Shown in pieces: positions 1 through 12,429 of a stretch of DNA of 64,000 nucleotides. The position numbers and the translations under genes were made by a program. The first letter of the stretch is position 1. Every line of letters begins with the position of its first letter. The notes beneath the pieces are model-generated. The model was not told the origin of the DNA. It worked only from the letters and a program-made list of their open reading frames with translations, and did no database searches. The stretch comes from a virus (lineage: Duplodnaviria > Caudoviricetes), in the IMG/VR virus record IMGVR_UViG_3300010351_000784, positions 30,475 to 94,474 of that record; one strand, written 5' to 3'.

Positions 1-2614
1 ATTTAACTTCTCCAGTAAAACTTGTAGAGAAGACTACGTCATAAGTAACTTCCTCGTCAGGGTCTCCTTCATTTATAGTTATACAAAAGCATTTTTCATT
101 ATTATCTGAAATAATTTTGAACTATCTCCATTTTCCCTTAAATTCTGGGCTGTAATAACAAGTTCCATCACACATATCCCAGTTAGAGTTGTCATAGAAA
201 GAATCATATTTCTTAATTAAATTACAAGAAATGATTTTTCCAACTTCAACACTTTCACCATCTACTTGGATAGTCATTACGCCAGATTCGCCGTCGATTG
301 TAACAGCATCAATATCATATGCTTGTTCATAAGAATCATCGGTTGGAGGAACCTCCAATGAATATTCTGAAGGAATGAAGTGGTAAATATGACATAAAGC
401 ACCGATATCCCAATATAGCACGCTACCACTACCAATCCATGGAGTTACTCCGATTGCTGTTGCAACATAGCAAGGCTGTGAAAGGTTATTAGATTTAATT
501 AAATAATTTTTTACTGCAATAAGACCATGTTTCTTTAAGAATGCTTCGTTAATTTCTGTACAGCTTTTTTCAGTAGGGTTCTCGCTGAAACATAAATCAG
601 TTGAACTTTGTCCAAGCTAATCTTTATCATATAAGTATGTTGACCAGTCATTCAAATAGAACTTAAGTTCACTTCTATTTGTATCAGGATTTATATCGCT
701 GGTATGAGTTGTAACATTACCCCTCATAAGAGTATGTGTCTAATCACTCATTCTTGCAGTTTCAAATTGAATCATTCCTGTTCTAAGATAACTTCCGACC
801 TTAATAACATGAGCAGTAGTGTTAAACAGATTATTAGAATGAGATTCTTTCATGGTTTTTGCTTTCCAAGAAGTAACCTCACCCATGTAATAACCAGGGT
901 ATCCAGCAGTTGGATTTCCACAAACAACTTCAAGATTTTCTGGAACAGCTCTTTTTTCATCATAATAACGTAAATAAACTATATTATTCTTAACAGCCTG
1001 ACTTGTATAATATCCAAGTCTTCCAAGTACTCCGCCTCCTTCAATAAGCTGCGCGGCAGCATCATAAATATCAATATCAATACAGGTAAAATTAAAACCA
1101 TTTGGCGTTGCCTAACAGCTAACCCAATTGTTAGATACAGAAGTCTATAGGCAACCATAAAGAATAAATCGTGCATAATCTGCTCTTGTTACTGAAGTCT
1201 TACTGAAAGGAGATGAATAATAAATACATTCGTCTTTTGATTGCTTTGAAGAATAAATATGAGAAGAGAAGCGAGGTAAAAGAGTTTCTCCTTCTTGAAG
1301 AGGTCTAAAGGCTCTTTCATATTTAGGAGAAATAATTATTTCTCTTGTTGGAGTCTCTTCATTGGGAGTATAAACGTTCTCAGGAATTTCAACAAGCTTA
1401 TAAACGGTCCATTCTTTTGTACCCTGATGGTACATATAAACGCCAGGGTACCAGCTTGCTGCATAATAATTATGCTTATAATTTTCAAGACGAATATAAG
1501 GAATAATACAAAGATTTTTATCTGCATATCTTTCTATTAAATATGCAAGTCTCTTTTCTACCTCTGCGTCAAAATTTGTTCCACGAGTAACATTGAGATA
1601 GCCATGACCATCATCTTCATAAGAATACCAATCTACACTTACATCAATATCAATATAATCATACTATCTACCATGTTCATTATCTCTTATCTGTAATGGA
1701 AGGTGAATAATAGCAACTTCACTACCATTTTTCTTTTGTGTTGTTGCCGCGATGCCTGTCCAAAGATAAAGAATGTTTTCCCAAATTTCAGAGACTTCGC
1801 GAGTTAATCCTTCCCACATTTTAAAAAGAGGATTATCAGGGTCAAAAAGATAAGCACTAATAGCCGCAATAGTCTGTGTAATAACCCAGAAGTTTCTGTC
1901 AAGGTCTTCTATCTCAACTCTTCTACCATATTGAGGCATAAGGAGTCTTATCCAATTTTTAAATGTAAGTTCTCCCTCTTCTTCACCAGGCGCAGGATTC
2001 TAAGGGGAGCGAGTGTATTGAAGCTTACTCTAATTTTTAAGAATATTATAAACCTCGTCACACTTACGAACATCATCATAGTTATCATTATCAATGTTCC
2101 ACCAAGGTTTTACCCACTGGTCACCGCCACGAATCTCCGGAAGATTAAGTCCTGCATCGGCATCTTTTAAAACATTAACGGTGATATCATGTTCGTCGCC
2201 ATCAATATTAAGAAGAACTTTATTTTCGTTCTACTCAAAATTTTTAATGAAAAATTCAATTAGTTTTTGCATTGACTCATTCCAAAAACTATCTTCTCCT
2301 TCACTGATAAGCTCTTTTATATCATTATAAAGTGCGCTATAAATTGGAGTTTGTTCTAAATCTTTTAAATCTGCATTTTGAGTTATGAAACCCATCAAGG
2401 TTCTAATATCTTCATCTTCTATATCCTCTGGACCTCCAATATCATCTGCTATCCATCGGATTGGAGACTCCTCGCTCTTTAAAAGGGCGAGGAACTTCTT
2501 CCAAAAGATAGCTTCAGTTTGAGGAGTAAGATTAAGAGATTTAATTAAAACACTGATATCAGTAACAGTTTTAAGAGATTTAAACCATTTAATCTGTTCA
2601 GGCGTTGCTGCCAT
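1..2614 (-). CDS. Large putative structural protein, paralog A (runs off the window; TAG=Gln)
   Basis: ORF fragments 2231-2614, 1664-1939, 1145-1435 and 122-421 share one frame and are separated by TAG. RBS GAGGTGA upstream. Motifs WNES, WVKPWWN and IRLLMPQYGRRVEIEDLDRNFWVI are shared with paralogs B and C. Confidence 0.8.
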
Positions 2615-2627
2615 TATTACTCACCTC

Positions 2628-5600
2628 TCATATTTCATCTTCCCAGATATATGCTTGCCAGTCGGTTAATGAGTCACCATTCTGCATTTTTGCTCGACCA
2701 TTATCTTTATACCTATCATAATTTCTTTCTTTTCCTTTGCTATATTTTTTGCCGCTTCCATTTAAGTTCATAAAGGCTACGTAATTACTTCTTAAATCAT
2801 TAAAACCTTTTTCACTACCATTTAAAGTTGCACCTTTGGTCCAAGTTAATGCATCCGGCTACCACTCAGATGAATCTTTACGGCTATAAGTCTAAGAGCC
2901 CCATTGATTTTCGCCAGGACCGAAAGCAAGAATAGTCTGCCCCATGAAGATTCCACCATCGACATAATAGCCATCGGGATTTACAAATTCTGTTTTATTT
3001 AAGAATTCGTATATTTCTTCAATATCGTTCTAATAATCAGTGTCATTTTGAATATCAATTTCTTGCTAAATTGACGGCTAAGTGCCATGGACATCAGACC
3101 ATCTTTTAGCATCATCATCACCTTCCCAATCATGAACATCACTTGGCATTGTATAAATTTTGTTTAAAGCTCTTACACTACCAAGATAATTAGGAGAGTT
3201 TACATCACTAAATATTGGAACATGCTGACCACCATAACAAGAAATAAACATAATTGACCAGTTAGTAGAAGTTAATTTATCATCCTCATTTCTTCTCAAA
3301 ATGATAAATTCATTATCAGAATGATTCGTTCCGTATGATTTTTCATATCCTTCTTCATCTCTTGTATATATCCAGTATATACCATTAAAACCAAGCTGGT
3401 CAGTTACTAAAGGATAATAGTATTCTTGTTTTTCGCCCTTGACATAGAACATAATACCAAAGCCACAAGGAAGGCTATAACCAGCGGCGTAAGCTCTCTA
3501 TGCTTTTAAAAATAGAATATCTTTTTTAGTATATTCTCTTTCTTCCCATATTCTATTCAATTCAGCTTCAAGTTCTACTTTATCATTAGCCCAATATTTA
3601 TTCTTATAAATCAAAGGATTTTCAACAATTTCAAATTTACTTTGGTTATCATCAGGATTCATGTTTTGATAGCTATAAGTTTCAACATGAATTTCATATT
3701 CAATAGCTTCAACATCCATATAGGTACTAAGTACTTCTCCCTAATAATAGCCTCTCTCAATATTTGCAGAAGCCATTTCAACCTTGTCGATTTCGCCTTC
3801 ATCTTTAATATCATATAGAGTTGTCGTAAGCATTCCTTCTTCTCTTAAAAAAGAAAATATACACAAGATAAGAGGATTGCCTTGAGTAACAAGATACTTT
3901 GCTAAATCTATAAAACTGATTACTACAGTAATATCTTTATCTTCATTCCATTCACTACTCTATTCATCATAAGTATAAAGATTTCCTTCAATAGAAATCT
4001 TATCTCTTGCCATTCCATAGAATCGTACATCATCGTCAGCAGTCTCATTCTCTGTATCGCTAAGCGGCGCCAAGTAAGAATATGTTTCTTCTTCTTCATG
4101 TAATCCATAAATATAATCTACATAGTCTTTCAAATCAACTACGATTCCTTTTTCTTCTTCATCTGGGTAAAAATAATAAACTTCCCAACCAATATCCTTA
4201 TTTCTATCATATACAAATACGCCCGGATACCAAATTACATCGTAGTAATTTCTCTCATAATTCTGTAATCTGATTTGTGGAAGAATCATAAGATTCTTCT
4301 CAGGATATTGTGAAATAAGATAGTTAAGTTTCTATTTAATAATTTCTATGCTTGTTGATGTTGTCAACTTATCGAAATTATCATATTTAAGATAAGGCAA
4401 GAATGTCTCATTTGGAATAGTAACAACCTCAGTATAAGTTTCTCCATAAAATCTTCCTTGAGAAAGTAATGCTAATGCTGCCCAAAAGAAAGTTACATTT
4501 TCCCAAAGCTGAGCAATTTCATTAAGCAAACCTTTTATCATCGCACCGATAGGTCCATTGGGGTCAAATATATCTATACAAATTCCAGCAAGTACCTATC
4601 CGATAACCCAAAAGTTTCTATTCAAATCTTCGACTTCAACTCTGCGCTTATACTGCGGCATTATAAGTCTTATCCATCTATTTGAACTAGACGGGTCTTT
4701 TCTAAGTCTTGTGAAATCAAGTTTTGAAGGGTCAGTTAAAGCACTAAGCTTTTTATCGTCTCCTCTTACGCGGCGATATGTTTCACCGTCAATATTATAC
4801 CAAGGAATAACCCAAGGATTTTTAACAACTTTAAATGTATATTTTTCTCCTTCGGTTTCCATTGTTACCTAAATTGTTCCTTTAGAAGGAAATGGTGGAA
4901 TATGTTCAGAAACTCTTTTGCCACTATAAATATAAGAACCTAAAGAAGTTTCACTATCAGTATGAAGGAGTTTTGTTAAATTTTCAACACTGATTTCATA
5001 ACCATTTTCAATTGCAGCTAAGGTTTCAAGAGCTTCTTGTTTATAAAGAATTTTTTCATATGTAACTGACTAAAGCTCACTCTATGAATCTTTTCTGTAA
5101 GAATAAGTTATTTTATCAAAGTATTTTCCGAACCAGTATGTGTCATTCTCTCCAGCAAAACTATAACCTGCATCGGCATCTATGATGTCAATGATTCGAA
5201 GTTCTGCAAGAGTTCCCTCATAGTTACCCCTTTCAGGAGCAATATTACCGCGAAGATGGTCAACATCTATCATGCCATCACTCTCAGGCGGCTCAACAAG
5301 TTCAATAAGTAAACCAGACTATTCATAGGTTTTAATATTATCAGGGTCAATTCGTTGAGCAAGAATTTGCATTAACCTTGTAACAGACTCATTCCAGTAA
5401 CTATTTGACCACCAACCATTATCGCCGCCGACCAAATCCTTTTTTTTATAGTCGTTACCTTGAGCTTCAAAAACTTCTTTTAAAGCATTATCTAATGAGG
5501 CATAAAGACCGTCTGGTCCATTAAAGAATTCATCCTCTCCGTATTCGGTAGACATAAACATTTCCCAATCAATATTGTTAAGGATATTACTAAGAACATC

Positions 5601-5780
5601 AGAGGGGACAGTTACGCCGCCCTCTGTATGCTCTACTGTATCACTCTTATAAACTGGGTCATTGTCATGTAAACCAAGTAGCATTTTTTGATAGAAGACT
5701 TCTTTAAGCCCACTTTCTGTAGCTAACTTGTTTATAACAAGAGATAAGAACTCTTCTTTATTAAATTTTGTTACACTCAT
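2628..5780 (-). CDS. Large putative structural protein, paralog B (~1050 aa; TAG=Gln)
   Basis: Fragments 5319-5780, 5082-5273, 4596-4862, 4332-4541, 3960-4289, 3498-3719 and 3078-3452 are co-frame; TGA at 2628. RNFWVIG(TAG)V aligns with RNFWVIGQV in paralog C. Confidence 0.85.
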
Positions 5781-5791
5781 TTTCTCACCTC

Positions 5792-8581
5792 TTATTCTGT
5801 GTCTTCTTCTTTATTAGTGAAGGTTACTTCATTGTTTCCGCTGTTAATATTTATTGTAGTATTATCGAAGGTTGTTTCCCAACCAGCCCCCATACTCTCT
5901 TCAGTAAAGGTATAATCAATAACGTGTTCATTATTACTATAACCATTAAGAGGTAAGGTCAATGATTCGGACGTATCTTCACCAGGACAGTCAAATATAA
6001 ATGTGTCATCATAAACTACAAAACCTTCTGAGTCTACGCCATGAACATTGATGACAGCATCTCTTCTTAATCCAGAAGGAGTCGTATGAAGGTTCCTCCA
6101 ATTTTTTGTAAGAACGATAGTGAACTAAGGAGTAGCTTTATGAATCCAAGATATCACTTCGCCGCGGTACCAGCCTTTAACAATTTCTTTAGATTCGTCT
6201 ACTACCGCAACTGCGTTATCTTTTACAACTTCATTTTCGCATACAAGTTTATCCTAAGTGAAGTTGTATTCACAGCTATAAACTTCTGCATCAGGAGCTC
6301 CACCGAGCTCTTTTGCTACATCTATACAAGAAACGCTTATACCAAAATTTGTAAGCTCTCCATTTGTAAACTCAGGTGGGGTAATTATATCAAAAATAGT
6401 TCTTATTGCTGCAACATATGCTACACCGTTTAAACCTTCACTATCATCAGCAAAGTCGCTCTTAAAATAATAGCGTGGCGAACTTTCATAAACTCCCCAA
6501 GGATTATTCTGATATAATTCACCATTGATTCTTAAATTATTTCCGAGTTCTACTATAAGATTTCTGTTTGTACTATTTTTGTTAAAAGGAATATGCTCAA
6601 CTCTCTCTTGGTTTGAAACGTTTGGCTATGAAGCTGGATAAAGATTTGCAACTCCTTCTGCAACTTTTCTGTTATAGATAATTACGCCTGGGTATGAGAC
6701 TCTGGCATAATAATTTTCAAGATAAGCATTCTGCCTTACTTCAGGAATAATTACCAAAGTGCTTCTATTATAAACATCTTTAAGATATTTTAATTTATCC
6801 CATATTGCATTAAGCTGAGTAGTATTATTTCTTTGGAAATCGTCAAACTTAATATAAGGCTCTGAATAAAGACTATTGACAGGAATGGTAAGAACCATTA
6901 TATCATTTTCTCTAAGAGCCTGAGAAATCAAAGCAAAAGCTACCCAAAGATATAGAAGGTTCTCCCAAAGCTGCGCAAGTTCATCAAGCATACCATTAAA
7001 CAAATCGTTGATTGGAGAATCTTCATCAAAAAGGAATGAAAGAATTCCCGTAAGAACCTGTCCGATAACCCAGAAGTTTCGGTTTAAATCTTCAATTTCA
7101 ACTGTTCTTTCATATTCGGGCATTAAGAGTCTTATGTATTTATCAAAAAGCTTATGAGTAAATTGTAAGAATCGTTTGTCATTAAGTACTCGCTTAATTT
7201 TATCATTCGCTCTTACAGTTGAATAGTTATATGGAACTGTATAAGTATCTTCATTATGTATCTTAAGAGGAGTTATATCCCATAAATAAGGAATCATACC
7301 AACCTCTTCCTGAGCGGTTTCATCGTATAATGTTCCACGCAAAATTGCATAATAAAAATTCATAAGGTCATGATGAATGTTTGTAGAATTTGTTTCAACA
7401 ACATAAGGATGCTTCTTATCATCATATACATGTTCCCATTTATAAGTATGATGTAGATTTGGTTCATCTGTATATCCCCGTCCATTTGGGAAGTTAATGC
7501 CAAGACTTCTATAACCTTCTAACACATAAATCCACTCATGCATCATTACTGCTGCCAAAGGAATAACTGGATAATCATAACCATCACCATAAATTTCGCA
7601 GGGGTTATAGGTTTCTCCATTATATGTTCTTGAAATATTATCTCCTAACATTCCAAATGAAATATATCCAAAAGCATTATTTGTATAAGTACACATTGTT
7701 GTACCCATCTGCCCTTTGGCGTCTAATCCTTGGAATACAAAGAAATTGTCGTAGTGATAAGTTATATCATCAATAATCTCTGGCGGAATATTGTTAAGAA
7801 AAATTACATTTTCATGTTCGCCGCCAGGACCACTCATAACAATTGGATTATCTTCCGTATCATACTTTAGAATATCGTACTGTATAATAACATTATTATC
7901 ACTAAAATTTTCTACGCTTCTTTTGAAATTATCCGCTGCTTTTACAAGTATGTCTAAGTCCGTTTGTGAAAACTCGTAAACTTCTCCACCTCTTTCAACA
8001 TGAGTAAAGTAAACAAATGCAAAAGTATGAACAGGAGTTGCCGATTTCATTTTTAATTTATTATGAGAGGTATAAAAAGGAATAAGACCTTCCTTTTTCT
8101 GCTCGTAGGTTATCTCATGAGTATCTGATGAATTCCAAGGTATAACCCAAGGCTTAGTTTCATTAAAACTATTGCCGGCATTCGCTTTTAAGATATCATC
8201 AACAGTAATATTTGTACTGTCAATTTCGCCGTGGTCAATAAAATACTAACGATAAATAGTAAGAAGTCTTTGAAAACTTTCATTCCAGTGATAAGGAGGA
8301 CTTAGACAATCATCAAGAAAGCTATCAATTAAATCTGCATTATCATTTATATATTCAATTACACTTTCGACATTGCCAGGGAATATGTTCTATCTTATAC
8401 CAAAAACGCCGCCAGCTTTATCATTTTCGTTTTGGAGGTATTGAAGCAAACCATCCCAAAACAAATCTTGATGTTCTGCAAATGCTCCGAGCGCCACACC
8501 GCTAAAATTCTCAGCTGTTGTGCCATTCCTACCGGTGAGAAGCTCGTCCATTACTCCATCAAATTTCTAATAATTAGCCAC
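5792..8581 (-). CDS. Large putative structural protein, paralog C, with inserted zincin-like domain (~929 aa; start uncertain)
   Basis: Extends ORF 6626-8050 through TAGs to TAA at 5792. Shares the WNES, PWVIPW and MPEYERTVEIEDLNRNFWVI motifs; the insert contains HEWIY. Confidence 0.75.
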
Positions 8582-8891
8582 CTTTCTTTTCACCACCAGT
8601 AAAACGGTTTATAATTTCTTTAAACTGGTCAAAACCAAACATGGAAATGAAAGAAACCACAAAGCCGCCAAAGATTGCCATTATAATTGAAGTAACAGTA
8701 ATTGTTCCAAACACAAATGTATATACAAGAACAACAACAAATGAAACAATCATTGTAAGAGCTTTTGTTGGAAAAGATTTTGGAAGAACTGCTTTAAGCA
8801 CCTCAACGATAATCGCAGTAGCTGCTGCAAGAATTCCGACCAAACCTAATACTGAGCCGCCCAAAGTTGTTAATGCTCCCATTCGTCTCAC
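8574..8891 (-). CDS. Holin-like small membrane protein
   Basis: About 105 aa with three hydrophobic segments and a charged C-terminus (GFDQFKEII), close to the endolysin. Confidence 0.7.
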   Translation of the reverse strand: MRRMGALTTLGGSVLGLVGILAAATAIIVEVLKAVLPKSFPTKALTMIVSFVVVLVYTFVFGTITVTSIIMAIFGGFVVSFISMFGFDQFKEIINRFTGGEKKGG

Positions 8892-8892
8892 C

Positions 8893-9912
8893 TCACTTTA
8901 AATAATATTCATAGTTCTCATTGAACTCTGAGTAGTCTTCGTTCTTTACTCGGTAAGTATATTCAGGCATTGATACGTTTGTTACAACAGTTAAGAAGTG
9001 AGCAAGAGAAGTTGTAACCATATTCTGATAAACTTCTGCAAACTTTTTCTTTATTGTTTTATCATCAATTTTTGAATATGCTGCCTCATAAAACCAACGA
9101 GCAAGTTTAAGAATTTCTATTGCTTTAGCTTCGCCTTTGTTCTGAAATACGTCTAAGAAATGGAAATAAATTCTTATCCAAACTGCGATACAATGATAAA
9201 CACATTTATCTTTATACTCAATTCCTCTTAGTACGCACTGGTCATAAACCCATATCATATTCTCAACGTAACTCTTGAAACCTTTGTATTTATATTCGTG
9301 ATTGTTTTCACGAGTTATTGAAGATGGTTGAAATCTCCAAAAATAAACTGGCTATAAAAGCCAAGTAACATTATCTGTACAAAGAGAACAAAGAGTACAG
9401 AAACTATTATCTTCATTTGCTCTTGTATCATTAAAATTTATATTGTTCTTTCTCAGAAACTCTGTCTTATAAAGTTTTGCAAAACACCAAATAAAACTGC
9501 GCTCATGGATATAAGTTGTTCCATCTTCAAGTTCCTCAATAGTTTGTCCACAAATCATATCTGCATTTGGATTTGCAAGAGCTTCACTATAAAGTCTTTG
9601 AAGCACCGTACTGTCAATATATTTATCATCTGAGTCGATGAAGGTAATATATTTCCCTACTGCTTTATCAACGCCCATATGGCGGCAAACACCAGGACCA
9701 GCGTTCTTTTCTGGCTTAAGGATTGTTAAATTAAGATTGAGAAAATCGTTATAGACTTCTGAATAATTTTCAGTAGAACAGTCATCAACAATAATAACTT
9801 CAATCATTTTATTCATTCCCTAATCTGCAATACTCTAAAGACAATCTCTGAAATAATCAATAGATGTATTATAAAGCGGAATTATAATACTAATCTTTAC
9901 TGATTGTTTCAT
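8893..9912 (-). CDS. Glycosyltransferase family 2 (TAG=Gln)
   Basis: SIIIPLYN...VIIVDDCS...FIDSDD...NED motifs; ORFs 9352-9816 and 8893-9258 are co-frame with ATG at 9912. Confidence 0.85.
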
Positions 9913-9934
9913 ACTCCTTTCCTCCTTATTAAAA

Positions 9935-9964
9935 GAGCCGCCATCCGCTTACTGAATGGCGGCG
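9935..9964. terminator. GC-rich stem-loop after the endolysin gene
   Basis: GCCGCCAT...ATGGCGGC inverted repeat. Confidence 0.5.
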
Positions 9965-9971
9965 TAATTAC

Positions 9972-11057
9972 TTAAGCCTTTACAATCTTAACCTGAATTT
10001 TATCAATAGCCTTTCCGTAAAGACCTGCATAGTCTTCGAGACCCTTAACCCATGGAAGGTAAGCGCCAGTGCCGAAGAGTGAAACTCTGTACATTGCCTG
10101 ATAGCCAGGAGCACCAACAAGTTCCATCTGAAGACCATCAACTGTACAGCCAGGATATCCTGCAACACCGTTGTTCCAGTCAGCCTTATTGTACTGGTCA
10201 ATCCAGCTATACCATTTGTTTTCGTTTTTAACATGAACTCTGTACTTAAGTTTACCTTCTGATGTTTTTGCGCCGAAGCCTGAGATAATATAATTCTCAA
10301 TACCAGCGTAGCCGTTTATATTAACATCATTGCAGTTCTTAATTTCACCAAGCCAACGACCTGGGATATATGCACTATATACTACGTCAATAGTTTTTTC
10401 AACAGGCTTTACTGGCTCTGGAGTAGGTTCAGGCTTTGTATCTTCCTCTTCCTTCTTTGCATAGTCAACATAACTCCAGTCTTCATCAACATCGCCGTTA
10501 ATGCCGCTGTACTTACCTTTCCAAGAATACTGCCACATTTCCTTATGACCAGGATAACCAGTATTTGAAAGTGGTGCACCACCATTACCAACGTGTGCAA
10601 GCCATACATCATACTTACCTTTTACTTCATCTGTAAAGTAGGTCTGGAATGTGTAGTATGAAGAATAAAGACCAACCTTATATCCTGCCGCCTTGAGAGC
10701 TTCACAGAATACTTCTGCAATCTTAGAAACATTTGCCTTACCTGTTGCAAATACTGAGTTCTCTTCAATATCATACCATACAGGATAGTCCATCTTTCTG
10801 CCGCTTAAGCACTTAATACAAGCTTCAGCTTCTCTCTTTGCATCGTCAACTGTTTTAGCATAGTTATACCAATAGCCGCCTACTGGAATATTGTTTGCTT
10901 TACAGCCTGCATAGTTAGCTTCAAATCTTGTATCCTTCTGCGATACTTCACGACCATAACCGATACGAAGTATAGCGAAGTCAATTTCTTTCTTTGTCTG
11001 CGCCCAGTTAATGGAGCCGTTCCAGACACTTACATCAATACCCTTAAGCTGTGCCAT
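9972..11057 (-). CDS. Endolysin: GH25 muramidase, PE/PT linker, ChW-like C-terminal repeats
   Basis: GIDVS, YDIE, WQYS and VDED GH25 motifs; YRVH...W...NG.AG repeats at the C-terminus. Confidence 0.9.
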   Translation of the reverse strand: MAQLKGIDVSVWNGSINWAQTKKEIDFAILRIGYGREVSQKDTRFEANYAGCKANNIPVGGYWYNYAKTVDDAKREAEACIKCLSGRKMDYPVWYDIEENSVFATGKANVSKIAEVFCEALKAAGYKVGLYSSYYTFQTYFTDEVKGKYDVWLAHVGNGGAPLSNTGYPGHKEMWQYSWKGKYSGINGDVDEDWSYVDYAKKEEEDTKPEPTPEPVKPVEKTIDVVYSAYIPGRWLGEIKNCNDVNINGYAGIENYIISGFGAKTSEGKLKYRVHVKNENKWYSWIDQYNKADWNNGVAGYPGCTVDGLQMELVGAPGYQAMYRVSLFGTGAYLPWVKGLEDYAGLYGKAIDKIQVKIVKA

Positions 11058-11211
11058 AGTTTCTCACCTCCAATTCTTCAAGAATTTCAGGATTTTCATC
11101 TATGACCTTTTCAACTTCTTCTTCAGAAATCTTCATTATTTTTGCAATATCTTTAGAAGAAAATCCATTGAAATGAGCCTTCAAAAGCTCTCTTTTAGTT
11201 TCTTCATTCAT
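11044..11211 (-). CDS. Small HTH-like protein (55 aa)
   Basis: MNEETKRELLKAHFNGFSSKDIAKIMKISEEEVEKV; RBS GGAG. Confidence 0.6.
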   Translation of the reverse strand: MNEETKRELLKAHFNGFSSKDIAKIMKISEEEVEKVIDENPEILEELEVRNYGTA

Positions 11212-11226
11212 TATTAACTCCTCCTA

Positions 11227-11262
11227 AAAAAAATAGAGAGAAAAATTGTTTTCCCTCTCTAT
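11227..11262 (-). terminator. Rho-independent terminator
   Basis: AGAGAGGG...TTCTCTCT hairpin followed by a T-run on the minus strand. Confidence 0.55.
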
Positions 11263-11296
11263 TTATGTAGAAATATTGTTGTTATGCTCTAATGAT

Positions 11297-12409
11297 TTAT
11301 TTGCTGAACTTTTGGTTATATTGCTTAACGACTTCTTCAGCTTTCTTCAAGTGAATTGAGAATCCTTTATCTTGCTCTGCCGCCGCGCGGTCATTGTAAA
11401 TAAAGGTAGACCAATCCCACCAGAATACTCCGGCGAAGTATGGAGATGGAAGGAATGTGTCATAGCAGGATTTAATAAAGTTTGCCTGCTCATTCTCGTC
11501 CCAAGCAAGGTCTTCTGTGAAGTCCCAAGGATGAGTTGAAGCCTCCTTAACAGAGCGACAACCGATTTCCATGAAGATGTATTGCTTGTTACGGTCCTTG
11601 GCGATTGCGTCAAGACGATAACGAACTTCCATCCAATTTTTGCACATTTCTTCATATGTTCTTGATTCGCCGCCGACTGGATAGTATGCAGAAGTTCCAA
11701 TATAGTCAAGTGTGTCAAACCACTCTTGGTCATCTTCGTGGTCATGATTTGTGTTGTAAATGATTTTGCCTTTGTAAACACGACGTACTTCATCAATTAA
11801 GTAAAGCCAATCATATTTACGATGTTCTGTTCCAAGCATCTCGCAGCCAATACAGAAGAGTTCTACATTAAGTTCCTGAGCAAGTTCAGCGTAGTGAAGA
11901 AGGAAGTTCTTATAGCTTATAAACCAAGCTTTCCAGTAAACATCCATATCTTCCATGTTAAGGTCTGGGAATCCAATATGTGCTCTCCACATATGGTCAC
12001 GACATTCAATAATAGGTTTAAGACAAACCTTAACGCCACGCTTATGAGCAGACTCGATAAACGCCGCAACATCGCGGTCAGTTGGAGTTGCAAGATGGTC
12101 TGCATAAATGTTTGTTGAATGGTATGTGTCTTGCCAGTTTACGACAGGAAGACAAACCCAGTTAATACCGAGGTCAAACATTTTATTCTATGACTCTATC
12201 GCGGCAGGAGAACGATATTCTCTGCGATTTGCCATATAGCCGTAGTTGTATCCCATTATTCTTTTGCCGGACTCAATCGGAGGAATGGCGTGAGTACCGC
12301 TCACAAAGAACGGCACGCCATCTGTATATCCGATTGGAGTTCCGGTAGTTGATGGGATTGGATAATATCCGCCACCATCTGAGCCGCCATAGAAATTGGT
12401 TGTACTCAT
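11297..12409 (-). CDS. GH113-like (beta-mannanase / GTA TIM-barrel) glycoside hydrolase (TAG=Gln)
   Basis: ORFs 12188-12409 and 11297-12181 are co-frame. Motifs VCLKP, WRAHI, IGCEM (acid/base), SAYYP, MEIGCRS (nucleophile) and GVFWWDW. Confidence 0.8.
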
Positions 12410-12429
12410 ACTCCATTCCTCCTTTTTAT

